This document shows, in pieces, positions 9,506-18,998 of a stretch of 64,000 bases of DNA; within the stretch, counting starts at the first letter, position 1, and every line of letters starts with the position of its first letter. Both the position numbers and the translations under genes were made by a program. Source of the stretch: an uncultured archaeon (GTDB taxonomy: Archaea > Aenigmatarchaeota > Aenigmatarchaeia > GW2011-AR5); contig CAYJTG010000005.1 in assembly GCA_964373255.1 (NCBI GenBank), positions 10,638-74,637 of the forward strand. Reading direction: 5' to 3'. The notes under the pieces are model-generated. The model was not told the origin of the DNA. It was given only the letters and a program-made list of their open reading frames with translations, and ran no database searches.

Positions 9506-10209
9506 TCTTCCAGTATAGATTTCTCATACTTCTTTGTAAGCATCTTCTTTATCTTCTTCGCAAGTATATCCCCTATTCCATCAACGCGCTGCAAATCTTC
9601 TTCTGTAGCTGTGAAAATCTTCTCCGGTGTTCCAAAATGCTTCAGCAGTTTCTTCGACTTCTCATTGCTTATTTTGGGCAGGCCAGCTATTAAATATTCC
9701 TGTAGTTCGTTCATCGACCTTGTTTTTTTCTTGCCCCTTATCGCTACAGATTTTTTGTTGTCCAGCTGCTCTCTCTTAGCAATAGAAAAAAGCATCTCTG
9801 CCGTTTCCAGCTGATTTCTTGTCCATAAAATAGGTATTGAAAAATCTACAGCTATTGCCGCCAGCGCACCCCTTATCGCGTTAGGATGTATTTTTCTGTC
9901 TTCGTAGAAAAGCGTGTCACCCTCAATTATTATTAATGGATTCTTGAAATTGCTCTTAAGTTCTTTTATTTGATTGAACAGCCTGCCGTCTATCAGGCTC
10001 TGAAGAAAATCATTCGTTGTCTTCCTCTCCGCGCATACACGCTTGCTGAGAAGGTAGTCGCCGACGGGCAGATTTATTTCCTCAAGCGCACATTTTTTGC
10101 GAAGTATATGAGGAATCCTGCTGCTTGCTTCTCTTATGTCGGTGTAGATTTTCACTTCACTTTCTTGCATGATAAAATTTATGGAAGAATGAATTAAAAG
10201 GCAGTGCAA
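9502..10209 (-). CDS. XPF/Hef-type ERCC4 nuclease with C-terminal (HhH)2 domain, as a stand-alone gene
   Basis: ERCC4 motif LSKRVCAERKTTNDFLQSL..GRLFNQ (ERK...D) and C-terminal LIAGLPKISNEKSKKLLKHFGTPEKIFTATEEDLQRVDGIGDILAKKI, a helix-hairpin-helix pair. Confidence 0.8.
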   Translation of the reverse strand: MHCLLIHSSINFIMQESEVKIYTDIREASSRIPHILRKKCALEEINLPVGDYLLSKRVCAERKTTNDFLQSLIDGRLFNQIKELKSNFKNPLIIIEGDTLFYEDRKIHPNAIRGALAAIAVDFSIPILWTRNQLETAEMLFSIAKREQLDNKKSVAIRGKKKTRSMNELQEYLIAGLPKISNEKSKKLLKHFGTPEKIFTATEEDLQRVDGIGDILAKKIKKMLTKKYEKSILED

Positions 10210-10287
10210 TTAGTGCGGGCTGAAAATAAGCAGTAAAGACCCGAATTTATACAAAGTTATAAATAGAAAGCAAAAGATAATATCTTT

Positions 10288-10563
10288 ATGAAATTGAAAG
10301 AATTTTTTAAACCATCTTTAAGAAAAATAATTTTAGCTGTTGTTTTGTTTTTAGTAATTGGTTTTTTTGCAGGTTTAGGAATAGCCGACGTTTCATTGTA
10401 CGGATTGCCCTTAGTATATTACGAAGGAGGTCATATGCCATGCCCCCCCGATGCAGTTAATTGCAGCAGAAATACAACTATCTTTTTTGAAAATTTAATT
10501 ATTGATATAATTTTTTGGTATTTGATAGCCTGCCTAATTGTTTATTTTCATAGAAAAAGGTGA
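10288..10563 (+). CDS. Small membrane protein between the Hef nuclease and helicase genes (doubtful)
   Basis: 91 aa; hydrophobic segments at both ends. It fills the 338-bp gap on the opposite strand and may be spurious. Confidence 0.2.
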   Translation: MKLKEFFKPSLRKIILAVVLFLVIGFFAGLGIADVSLYGLPLVYYEGGHMPCPPDAVNCSRNTTIFFENLIIDIIFWYLIACLIVYFHRKR

Positions 10564-12200
10564 ATAAATGAATTAGTTTCCGGGTACTTTTTCCCGAAAT
10601 CTTCAAGATTTTTCTGCGCATCAGTGTATGGTTCTGTTTTTCCTGTATTTTTGTTCTGCCCCCTCTTCATATCGTACAAAATCTTTTTCATCTTGTTTTC
10701 CTTGTGGTGCGCGACCCAGTGATAAGCCTCGTCGCGCGTGTTTTTCGCGATCAGGACGATGACGCGCCCGCTGCGGGTTCTTGCTGTGCGGCCGGCGCGC
10801 TGTATTTTTCTTATGGCCGAGGGCACGGGCTCGTAGAAAATTACCACGTCTGTTTCCACAACGTCTAATCCTTCCTCTGCGACCTGGCTTGCGCACAGGA
10901 TATTGTAGAACCCCAGCTTGAACTCATTCAGGATCTGCACCTGTTCCTTCTGGCTTAACCCAGAGCCCTTTTTCTTTGCCTGGCCGATGAATTCTATAGG
11001 CGCAGCGTGCCTGACGTTTTTCAGCATGTCATGGATCTTTCTTATCGTCGACCTGTACTGTGCAAATATTATTATGCGCGATTCTTTGTTCTTTTGCAGT
11101 TCCGCTTCTACTATCGACCGCAATTTTTCTATTTTGGGATGTTCTTTTCCTTCACCGACAAGCTCATCGGTAAGGCGGACGGCGTTCTGAAAATTTACGT
11201 CTTTTAGCAACCGCGCAACTGCCTTGCTTCCGTCGTTTTTCAAATCCTCAAGGTAACCGGCAAGAGAATAAAGGCACTGCGTTTCCAGCAGCAACAGTGC
11301 GTGGTCGACCTTTATGATTTCAGCTATTATCGACATGGCCATAAACCCGTAGCCGGTCTTCTTTCTTGCCAGTTCTTGCTGGAGTTTTATCAGCTGCGAT
11401 TTTGTTGTATAAGGAGAGTGTATAATTTTATAATCGAGCAGCCTTTTCACACCCTTGTTTTTACATTCCTCGAGATATTTTTTTATCGATTTTAGCTCTG
11501 TCGGCAGTTCTACTTCTACCCATTCTTGCGCAACGCTTTGCACGTATGGTCTGACGTCGCTGTCGTCACGCGTCTTTATCTCCACGTTGTCGATGAATAA
11601 TTTGTTCCTGATCTCATCGATCTTGTATCTGTGGCTCCCTGGCGATGCGGTCAGTGCGAGTATCAACGGATTTTTTGAGCTGCCGATATACCGCTTTGCA
11701 ATATAAATGTACGCATAATTTCCCACGCAGCGATGGGCTTCGTCAAATATGCACAGTGAAAAATCCGTCAAGTTAAGCACGCCGCGCTTCACGTCGTTGC
11801 CGATCGTCTGTGGCGTCGAAAAAATTATGTCAGCGCTTGTGTATAGCTTTATCCTGTCGTTTGGATCATCTTCACCCGTGACCACCTGTAGTTCAACGCC
11901 GAGCTTCAGGCATTTTTCGAACGTCGTCTTGTGCTGGTTTACCAACGGCCTGGTCGGCGCGAGGAAAAGTATTTTACCGTCCGGATATTTCTGCAGCCTG
12001 TCCACCGCAACGAGCGCGGCTATGCTCGTTTTTCCAAGTCCTGTAGGCAGAACGCACAATGTATTGCCGCGAACAGCTGTTTTCACTACACTGTCCTGAT
12101 AGTCTCTTTGCTCTATCGTATTCGGATTTATCCACGGATTATTGACGTAGGCAGGCATGTTATAGAAATTGCCCCCAAAGTTAAAAAGCGCATTGTTCAC
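10548..12200 (-). CDS. Hef-type DEAH-box helicase (SF2; FANCM/Hef family), helicase part only
   Basis: Walker A LPTGLGKT, DEAH box IFDEAHRCVGNYAY, motif III LTASPG, motif VI QRAGRTAR. 550 aa. Lies directly upstream of the separate ERCC4 nuclease gene. Confidence 0.8.
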   Translation of the reverse strand: MNNALFNFGGNFYNMPAYVNNPWINPNTIEQRDYQDSVVKTAVRGNTLCVLPTGLGKTSIAALVAVDRLQKYPDGKILFLAPTRPLVNQHKTTFEKCLKLGVELQVVTGEDDPNDRIKLYTSADIIFSTPQTIGNDVKRGVLNLTDFSLCIFDEAHRCVGNYAYIYIAKRYIGSSKNPLILALTASPGSHRYKIDEIRNKLFIDNVEIKTRDDSDVRPYVQSVAQEWVEVELPTELKSIKKYLEECKNKGVKRLLDYKIIHSPYTTKSQLIKLQQELARKKTGYGFMAMSIIAEIIKVDHALLLLETQCLYSLAGYLEDLKNDGSKAVARLLKDVNFQNAVRLTDELVGEGKEHPKIEKLRSIVEAELQKNKESRIIIFAQYRSTIRKIHDMLKNVRHAAPIEFIGQAKKKGSGLSQKEQVQILNEFKLGFYNILCASQVAEEGLDVVETDVVIFYEPVPSAIRKIQRAGRTARTRSGRVIVLIAKNTRDEAYHWVAHHKENKMKKILYDMKRGQNKNTGKTEPYTDAQKNLEDFGKKYPETNSFIHLFL

Positions 12201-12667
12201 TGATTTGCTGTGGTATCTATTGTATTTTTGCCGTCGCTATATTCTGGTTGATCAAGGTGCGTTTCCTCGACGGAAGTAGAAGATTTAAGATCTCTTTTTA
12301 GGATTAGGTCTTCTTCCGGAAATTGAAATATCGGTCTTATACCTGTTAGCGCCCCCTTGTATAAGGATTTATTTAGACTTTTCCAATCGCCACTACAGTA
12401 CCAAACACCTGAGTGATGTTGATGACCATTTTTTCTTGGCTGGTGAACAACATCCTTATGGTTGTTTGGTAGAAAGCCATAAACTACAGGTACCTTTGGT
12501 TCATATCTTATAATGAGAGGGTTGCTGCATCTAGGACACAAATATAGGTTTGTATAGATTTCCTTCCCTTCTTCTAAGACCCTTACAGATTTGCCCATTG
12601 GAGTTAACTCATTAGTAGATACTTTGTGACCTCCATATAGGCACTTTATAATTCCATGATTAGCCAT
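12197..12667 (-). CDS. Hypothetical Cys/His-rich protein (possible Zn-binding), AT-rich codon usage
   Basis: 156 aa with CPRCSNP, HQHHSGVWYCSGDW. Overlaps the helicase start by 4 nt. Composition is visibly more AT-rich than the neighbours. Confidence 0.3.
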   Translation of the reverse strand: MANHGIIKCLYGGHKVSTNELTPMGKSVRVLEEGKEIYTNLYLCPRCSNPLIIRYEPKVPVVYGFLPNNHKDVVHQPRKNGHQHHSGVWYCSGDWKSLNKSLYKGALTGIRPIFQFPEEDLILKRDLKSSTSVEETHLDQPEYSDGKNTIDTTANQ

Positions 12668-12734
12668 AACTTTAATTATAAAAGATGTTTTTATAAAGCA
12701 GCATTTTTTATACTATATCGTACAAATTTACATT

Positions 12735-14114
12735 ATGCAGGAAATACTCGACAGGGTCCTTAATAAAATCAAACCGCTGAAAAAGGAGGATGAGCGCGTC
12801 AGGAGGTTTGTGTCAGACACCATAAGGGTTTCAAAGACCGTTTCTGGGCTGGACTGCGTCGTTGTCGGATCTATAGGCAAATTCACATGGCTCAGCAACG
12901 ACCACGACGTGGACGTATTCATGATATTTCCAAAGGAGACAAAACGGGAAGAGCTCGAGGAAAAAGGGCTCGAATACGGGAAAAAGATTGTCGAGCACCT
13001 GAAGGGAAAATCAAAGATAAAATATGCAGAGCACCCGTACACGCATGCTGTGATCAAGGGCTTTGACGTCGACATCGTGCCCTGCTACCGCATACATAAA
13101 GGCGAGCACATACAGTCAGCCGTTGACCGGTCGCCACTCCACCTGAATTATATTCTTGAGCACCTTTCGCCACGAATGCAGGACGAGGTGCGATTGCTCA
13201 AGCAGTTCTGCAAGGCCCAGGGCATCTACGGCTCTGACGCCAAGCACCTTGGCTTCTCGGGCTACATCTGCGAGCTGCTTATAATATATTACCAGTCATT
13301 TGAAGCAGCAGTTAAGGCAGCCTCGTTATGGCAGGCGCCGCAGATCGTCGACGTGCTTGGATTTACGGACAAGTCAAAATTTCCTGACCAGCCGTTGATA
13401 GTCGTGGATCCAGTCGACAAGGACAGGAACGCGGCGGCTGTCGTCAATGCAGAAAATTTCGCGAAGTTCGTGTCTGCGTGCAAAGCGTTTGTCGAGAAGC
13501 CCAGCATAAATTTTTTCAATGCAATTCCGATAACACCGTTAACGGCAAAACAAATTAAGTACATGCCCAGCAGGGGAACAAGATTTATCGCCATAAAGAT
13601 GACCGCGCCCGACGTCATCGATGACGTCCTGTATCCGCAGCTCAGGAAAGCGCTGAAACGAATATCAAACCTGATGCACCACAACGAATTCTCTGCGTTG
13701 CGTGGCTATGAGTTTGTGAGCACCAAAAACAAGAATGTGTTCCTTATATTTGAGCTGGAGGTCTTCGAGCTCCCGCCCGTCGACAACATGGAAGGCCCAC
13801 CTATATTTTCAAAGACACACACGCAAGAATTTCTTTCCAAGTATCGCGGCAGGTCATTTCTCTACCTGTCCGGCAACAAGTGGGTCGCCGAGGTTAAGCG
13901 CGAGCATAAAACACCTTTGGAACTGTTGGAGAAGTTTTTGAGGCGCGAAAAGGAAAAATTGATCGCAGACGGCATTCCTACTTATATCGCAGAAGTCATT
14001 GCCAAGTGCACGATCCTCGAACAGGAGAAGTTTTTCGACTATGTAAAATCCGATAGGTATTTGTCTGATTTTCTCAGGGAGAAGTATTTTGTCGATCTGG
14101 GAAAAGGGATGTAA
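12735..14114 (+). CDS. cca: CCA-adding enzyme (archaeal class I tRNA nucleotidyltransferase)
   Basis: Pol-beta-like N-terminus GSIGKFTWLSNDHDVDVFMIF (the archaeal CCA GS...D.D motif); 459 aa, typical of archaeal CCA. Confidence 0.85.
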   Translation: MQEILDRVLNKIKPLKKEDERVRRFVSDTIRVSKTVSGLDCVVVGSIGKFTWLSNDHDVDVFMIFPKETKREELEEKGLEYGKKIVEHLKGKSKIKYAEHPYTHAVIKGFDVDIVPCYRIHKGEHIQSAVDRSPLHLNYILEHLSPRMQDEVRLLKQFCKAQGIYGSDAKHLGFSGYICELLIIYYQSFEAAVKAASLWQAPQIVDVLGFTDKSKFPDQPLIVVDPVDKDRNAAAVVNAENFAKFVSACKAFVEKPSINFFNAIPITPLTAKQIKYMPSRGTRFIAIKMTAPDVIDDVLYPQLRKALKRISNLMHHNEFSALRGYEFVSTKNKNVFLIFELEVFELPPVDNMEGPPIFSKTHTQEFLSKYRGRSFLYLSGNKWVAEVKREHKTPLELLEKFLRREKEKLIADGIPTYIAEVIAKCTILEQEKFFDYVKSDRYLSDFLREKYFVDLGKGM

Positions 14115-14183
14115 ATAGAATCAAGTTTGTGTTACAATATAAAATGCATAAGATTTCTGGAAAAGAAACTAAGAAAATAAATC

Positions 14184-14537
14184 TTACTCTGCCACGGCTT
14201 CCCTGTGGATTCGTGCTGCAGGCGGCGTTACAACAAGCCAGTCGTCGCTTATGCCTGCTATGTCGCCGTTTATCGCCATGCACGTTCTCTTTATTTTTTC
14301 AACGGCGCGCTTTAGTTCTTCTGCGTCCTTCTGCCTGAGCTGCTTCATGCTCACGAGCATTATTGACCCTTCTCTCAGCTTTCGCTGTATGCGCTCTGAG
14401 TCCGTGTACGTGTCCAGGCGTTCAACCTGTACAGAGAGCCGGCTTTCTTGTCGTGCTTCTTCCACAGGCTCGAGCTCCATGTACTCGTCAGAAGACCTGA
14501 ACTTGCTCATAATGTCTTTTATTGCCATAATATTCAC
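14184..14537 (-). CDS. SepF-like (DUF552) cell-division protein
   Basis: C-terminal SIMLVSMKQLRQKDAEELKRAVEKIKRTCMAINGDIAGISDDWLVVTPPAARI resembles the SepF core. 117 aa. Confidence 0.45.
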   Translation of the reverse strand: MNIMAIKDIMSKFRSSDEYMELEPVEEARQESRLSVQVERLDTYTDSERIQRKLREGSIMLVSMKQLRQKDAEELKRAVEKIKRTCMAINGDIAGISDDWLVVTPPAARIHREAVAE

Positions 14538-14675
14538 CTCATCTTACTTGGTTCACTATAAATGCCATCTTCTCTTGTTTACATAAGCGCCTGGAAGTAT
14601 ATAAAAACTTCTGTTTCACAGCCGATAGAATGAGGAATTTTTCGTAATTACGCAGATATTACAGGCGTAATTATA

Positions 14676-14960
14676 CTACTTCTTATTATGCATGACTTCT
14701 AGAAGAGAAACGATGTTCCAGATCTGCGTTCTCGTGTAGATAGGGATGTTAGTGTCGTTGGAAACCTCGTCGAGTATAGAAACAGCGCTGTTTATCCGCA
14801 CGGCCAGGTCTTCTTTCTGGTTGTTAAGGTGATTTTTTGCCTCCACGATCATGTTCCTTATGTTCCTCGGTACTGTCCTGTCGTCGTTGATCTCATCTAG
14901 GAGCTTGTTTATCTCTGACATATCCATATTAAACACCCCAGCATAAGTCCCGGTCTGCAT
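14676..14960 (-). CDS. UPF0147 family small archaeal protein
   Basis: 94 aa; ...LLDEINDDRTVPRNIRNMIVEAKNHL...AVRINSAVSILDEVSNDTNIPIYTRTQIWNIVSLLE matches the UPF0147 pattern (..VPRNIR......A.SILDE.S.DPN.P...RT.IW). Confidence 0.5.
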   Translation of the reverse strand: MQTGTYAGVFNMDMSEINKLLDEINDDRTVPRNIRNMIVEAKNHLNNQKEDLAVRINSAVSILDEVSNDTNIPIYTRTQIWNIVSLLEVMHNKK

Positions 14961-14992
14961 AAATATTACCGCCTGTTTATTGCTATGAATAT

Positions 14993-15361
14993 TTATCCAC
15001 CCTCGCCAATCTGCTGGTCTTCAGGCATGAGTTCCTTGAACTTGTCCTGTGCTTCCTTTATCCTTTCCTTGATCTTCTTTTCCTGCCTGTCCAGTGTCTG
15101 CAGCTTGAGGTCTATGTCCTCGGCGTTCTGTTTCAGTTCGGCTGTGAGCTGCGCCTTCTCAGTCTTGATCAGTATAGAACCGACAGCCTTGTAGACGTCA
15201 TCGTCTGCCTTCTCTAAATCCTCCAAAGCCTTCTCTATTTCTTTTTTTTGCACGAGCATCGTTTGCTTCTGGATGAGTATGGACTGCATCTGCTGGTTTT
15301 GCAGCTGCAACTGTCCGACAACCTGCTCAAGATCTTTTTTTTCTGCTGGCATAATTATCAC
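14993..15361 (-). CDS. pfdB: Prefoldin beta subunit
   Basis: 122 aa; coiled coil - short beta hairpin (DDDVYKAVGSILIK) - coiled coil. Q/E/K-rich heptads. Confidence 0.7.
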   Translation of the reverse strand: MIIMPAEKKDLEQVVGQLQLQNQQMQSILIQKQTMLVQKKEIEKALEDLEKADDDVYKAVGSILIKTEKAQLTAELKQNAEDIDLKLQTLDRQEKKIKERIKEAQDKFKELMPEDQQIGEGG

Positions 15362-15618
15362 ACAACTTCAGGCGAGGGCACCTCAGCCTGCGGTATGAAA
15401 CCGTCACCCCTCGCCACAAAAAAATACTGTCTGTTTTTTTGGTCAGTTGCATATTCTTTGACAAGTTCTATTTTGTCAGGACCAAAAGCGACAACACACC
15501 CATCCTGAACAATGACATAATTTGTACCGTATTTTTTTAAAGCACCACACTCAAGCAGGACATAATATTTATTTACCTCATCCACGAAACCCTGCGGAAG
15601 CATCAGATCGTGATGCAT
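15358..15618 (-). CDS. Hypothetical protein in the rpoP-pfdB gene string
   Basis: 86 aa, same strand, 4-nt overlap with pfdB. No recognised motif. Confidence 0.3.
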   Translation of the reverse strand: MHHDLMLPQGFVDEVNKYYVLLECGALKKYGTNYVIVQDGCVVAFGPDKIELVKEYATDQKNRQYFFVARGDGFIPQAEVPSPEVV

Positions 15619-15622
15619 AGGA

Positions 15623-15751
15623 TCATCTCGCCTTGACCGTCTTTTTGAATGGTATGCGCGCCTTTGCCAGTATCCTGAACCCGCAGAACGGGCACCTCAC
15701 GCGGTCTTCCATCTCGAACTCTTTCCGGCATTTGACGCAAACATAAGACAT
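15623..15751 (-). CDS. rpoP: DNA-directed RNA polymerase subunit P (Rpo12/RpoP), 42 aa, not in ORF track
   Basis: Hand translation: MSYVCVKCRKEFEMEDRVRCPFCGFRILAKARIPFKKTVKAR. CxxC...CxxC zinc ribbon of the right size and arrangement for Rpo12/Rpc10. Confidence 0.65.
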   Translation of the reverse strand: MSYVCVKCRKEFEMEDRVRCPFCGFRILAKARIPFKKTVKAR

Positions 15752-15761
15752 AACTATCCCT

Positions 15762-16046
15762 CTACATTAAGGAAACGAACAGATAGAAGTTGCAAAGCAA
15801 CTTCAGTTTGCTTTTCCTTATAATCTAGACTTATTATGAAGCAAGTAAATAACCTGAATATTATAACTTGCTTCATTTACATGGAGAATCGAAGATTCTC
15901 CTGTACAATTTCGAATTCCAGGAATTCGAATTGTAATTGAAAATCTGAAGGATTTTCAAATTACAGGTGAAGCGTAGCTTCACCATGTATAGCAAACAAG
16001 AAATATAATATCTGATTCTTTTCTTGTTTAGCTATAATCCCTTCCT
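15762..16046. mobile_element. Composite element in the L37ae-rpoP spacer: family-H element interrupted by a full-length (~203 bp) XY-type hairpin element
   Basis: H left part ctacattaaggaaa...tctagactta (15762-15833), XY insert ttatgaagcaag...gtttagctata (15834-16036), H right end atcccttcct (16037-16046). XY carries 5 hairpin modules. Confidence 0.6.
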
Positions 16047-16068
16047 AAAAGATTTCCAATATATAGAT

Positions 16069-16260
16069 TTATAACCCGAACTCGAATGCACCCGATGCAA
16101 ACTTCACGCTGCACTTTCTGCACCGCCAAACGCCGTTGGACAGTCTTTTCACGGATTTGCGGGAGCACGCAGGGCATTTGTAGAGCTTCGTGGACTTCTT
16201 TCTTGATTCCTCGACAGCCTTTCTTATCCTTTTGCCGTAGCCAACGACCATAATAATCAA
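16069..16260 (-). CDS. rpl37ae: Ribosomal protein L37ae
   Basis: C4 zinc ribbon YKCPACSRKSVKRLSNGVWRCRKCSVKFASGAF matches L37ae (..C..C......R...GIW.C..C......GA). Confidence 0.8.
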   Translation of the reverse strand: MIIMVVGYGKRIRKAVEESRKKSTKLYKCPACSRKSVKRLSNGVWRCRKCSVKFASGAFEFGL

Positions 16261-16307
16261 CCTATTATTTTTGATGATAAAGCTTAAAAGCGGAATGAAA
16301 AGAAAAT

Positions 16308-18173
16308 TTATCTCAGCCTTATCGTTTCCAGGTTCTTTGGAGCTATTGATTCGACCCTGAATTCAGAGTGGATTGCCCTTGCAAAGTCGACGCACCTCGA
16401 GTTCTCGCAGTGGTTGACGATGATCTTTTTTGGCTTGTTCGGGAGGCTGCGTATGTAGTTCATCAGCTGTCTCTGGTCGCTGTGGCCGCCCAGTCCCTTT
16501 GTAGTCTGGACGTCTAGTTTTAGATTTAGCATCTTGCCGTCGTCCATGTGGATCTCTTTCCACCCCTTTTGGATGCGGCGGCCGGGCGTCCCCTCGGCCT
16601 GGTAGCCGACGAACAGAAGCATATTCTTTGGGTCGTCTGAAAAATTCTTCAGGTACTCGATTGCAGGCCCGCCCATGAGCATGCCAGACGTCGAAAGAAC
16701 TATGCAGGGCCCTGTAGAGTTGAATACCTGTTCTCTTTCTTTCTGCGAGCCTATGCCCTTCAGCCGCGGGTCCGTGAAAGGGTTCCTGCTCTTGTGCAGG
16801 ATCTGGTTTTGTATCTGGGATGCTAGGAATTCGGGATAAGCCGTGTGGATAGCCGTTGCGTCCCAGAGCATGCCGTCCAGGTACATGGGCACATCGATAT
16901 CTGTGTCTGTAAGAATTGTTATAATATCCTGGCTTCTCCCGACAGCAAAGCACGGTATAAGGACGCGGCCGCCTCTTGCTATGGCTATCTTGACGAAGTC
17001 GACAAGCATTTTTGCCCCTTCTTTGTGGGGCGGAAGCACATTTTCTGCGCCCCCGTACGTGCCTTCAATTATTACGGCCTCGACGCGCGCGAAATCCGAT
17101 GAGGTCTTCTCGAAAAGCTTTGTGCTCTCGTACTTGATGTCGCCGGTATATAGAATATTGTATAAGCCGTCGCCGATGTGTATGTGCACAACAGAAGACC
17201 CGAGGATGTGGCCGGCGTTGTTGAGCGTAATCCTCATGTCAGGCGTTATGTCCGATACCTCGCCGTAGTCCAGGGCTATGCAGTGCTTTATGGCTTCTTC
17301 TATCCCTTTCGACGTGTAAGCCGCTTTTTTGTTCTCGCGCTGGCATATCTGCAGATAATCCAATTGAAGCAGCGCCGAAAGATCCCGCGTGGGGCGCGTG
17401 CAGTACAACGGTCCACGATAGCCATATTCGTACAGATAAGGAACTAAGCCTGAATGGTCCGTGTGTGCATGGGAAAGAATTATTGCGTCCAGGTCCTGTA
17501 TGCGGAACTCAGGCGCGTCCAGGTATGGAAACGGGTTGGACGCCGTTGCAGCAACAGACATTCCGCAGTCCAGCAGGATCTTGCTCTGCGGCGTCTGAAG
17601 AAAAATGCACGACCGGCCGACCTCGCGGAATGAGCCAAGGCTTGTAAGCCTGATCCAGTCGACGTCCTTGGAGGGCGAGTATATCTTTTCGCCGAGCTGG
17701 TTGAGGAATTTTTTTCTGTAGCCCGCCTCTTGGTGCCTCATTTTTCTGATGGCCCGTATGATTTCCGAGTCAATGACAGGCGCGCGCTTTATTTCCGGCG
17801 TCCATAATGTTTTTTCCTTTATAGTCAAAAGGGTTTCTCCGCTCTTCCCGATCACGAGGCCCGGCTTTTCAGCATGAATCACAACACGTGAAAACTCCGG
17901 TTCAAAATAGATGTCCTTGATGCCAGCCTCGGCAGGAACAACTTTTTTTATCAGCTCTTTTGCCTTCTCTTCGCTGATGATTATGGACGGGTCCGCACGC
18001 ACCTCTATCCTTTTCTTGATTTTATTGACGATGCTCTTTATGAGGTCCGTTGACGTGTCAAAAAATTCCTTGTTTTTTGTATAGAGGATGATCTCGCTGC
18101 CCTCGTAGCTTATGTCAGATACCTTTGCATCCTTCGGGATGTCTGCTTTTATTATCTCGCTTATAGAACTCAT
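16308..18173 (-). CDS. aCPSF1 (KH + metallo-beta-lactamase + beta-CASP ribonuclease)
   Basis: N-terminal KH domains; HxHxDH motif ILSHAHTDHSG; beta-CASP region. 621 aa, typical of archaeal CPSF1. Confidence 0.85.
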   Translation of the reverse strand: MSSISEIIKADIPKDAKVSDISYEGSEIILYTKNKEFFDTSTDLIKSIVNKIKKRIEVRADPSIIISEEKAKELIKKVVPAEAGIKDIYFEPEFSRVVIHAEKPGLVIGKSGETLLTIKEKTLWTPEIKRAPVIDSEIIRAIRKMRHQEAGYRKKFLNQLGEKIYSPSKDVDWIRLTSLGSFREVGRSCIFLQTPQSKILLDCGMSVAATASNPFPYLDAPEFRIQDLDAIILSHAHTDHSGLVPYLYEYGYRGPLYCTRPTRDLSALLQLDYLQICQRENKKAAYTSKGIEEAIKHCIALDYGEVSDITPDMRITLNNAGHILGSSVVHIHIGDGLYNILYTGDIKYESTKLFEKTSSDFARVEAVIIEGTYGGAENVLPPHKEGAKMLVDFVKIAIARGGRVLIPCFAVGRSQDIITILTDTDIDVPMYLDGMLWDATAIHTAYPEFLASQIQNQILHKSRNPFTDPRLKGIGSQKEREQVFNSTGPCIVLSTSGMLMGGPAIEYLKNFSDDPKNMLLFVGYQAEGTPGRRIQKGWKEIHMDDGKMLNLKLDVQTTKGLGGHSDQRQLMNYIRSLPNKPKKIIVNHCENSRCVDFARAIHSEFRVESIAPKNLETIRLR

Positions 18174-18248
18174 TTTAGCACCTTAAACCAAATTTTGAGA
18201 AGAAATCTCAGATAAGTATCAGAAAGTATAGGCATCAAAGAAATATTA

Positions 18249-18884
18249 TTATTTTGTCATTTCCTTTATTTTTTCCTGTGGGATAGATTCCATGCCCGCT
18301 TTGTCGATAGCAACAACAACTATATCGCGGCCACCGGAAAATACGTCCCTTTCCCTGGCAGATTTTATGGCGCGTGCAGCGAGCTTTATCGCGTCTTCCC
18401 TGGTAAGGTTGTCCCTGTAGCTGTCCTCAAGGACGCCGAACGCGATAGGCGATCCAGAGCCCGTAGCGGTAAATTTGTCCTCTTCCTCCATCCCTCCGAC
18501 CGCGTCTATGCTGTAGACGTGGCCTCCTGTCTTGTCAACGCCGCCGATAATGAGCATTGCCATATAAGGATAGTACCTGTTGCCTGACAGTATGTTCGCC
18601 AGCAGATGAGAAGCCGCCTTGACCGTAAACTCCGTGTTTCGCGTGAGCTTGTAAAGATTTATTTCTGCCTTCAGTATCCTTATCAGGGCCTGCGTGTCGC
18701 CTGCCCCGCCTGCTGTAGTAACAGCTATCTTGTCGTCAACTGAGTATATTTTCTGGCTTGTTTTTGACGCCACAAGCCACCCCATGGTCGACTTTGATTC
18801 GCTAGCCAGAATGACGCCGTCCTTGTACAACAAGCCTACTGTCGTTGTGCCGGTCAATAATTTTTCCTGCTGCTGCATGTACAA
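18249..18884 (-). CDS. psmB: Proteasome beta subunit (with propeptide)
   Basis: Short propeptide then GTTTVGL (catalytic Thr1 after processing); rest conserved Ntn-hydrolase. 211 aa. Confidence 0.9.
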   Translation of the reverse strand: MYMQQQEKLLTGTTTVGLLYKDGVILASESKSTMGWLVASKTSQKIYSVDDKIAVTTAGGAGDTQALIRILKAEINLYKLTRNTEFTVKAASHLLANILSGNRYYPYMAMLIIGGVDKTGGHVYSIDAVGGMEEEDKFTATGSGSPIAFGVLEDSYRDNLTREDAIKLAARAIKSARERDVFSGGRDIVVVAIDKAGMESIPQEKIKEMTK

Positions 18885-18998
18885 ACACCGTGTAATTTAT
18901 TGTCCTAGAATTTGCCTGATAAATATATTGCGATTAAGTATTTAAGCGTTCTTCGTGGCGAGTTTTACAATCTTGTTCGCATAAAATCTTTTGTTCCG

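Noticed and set aside
10621-10896. 91-aa Arg-rich minus-strand ORF, and 10918-11207 plus-strand ORFs, inside the Hef helicase
   Set aside because: Frame artefacts within a gene with all SF2 motifs intact.
16363-16953. 196-aa Arg/Pro-rich minus-strand ORF, and 16843-17268 (plus), overlapping aCPSF1
   Set aside because: Alternative frames of the GC-richer CPSF gene give long Arg/Pro/Gly-rich pseudo-ORFs. These are not real genes.
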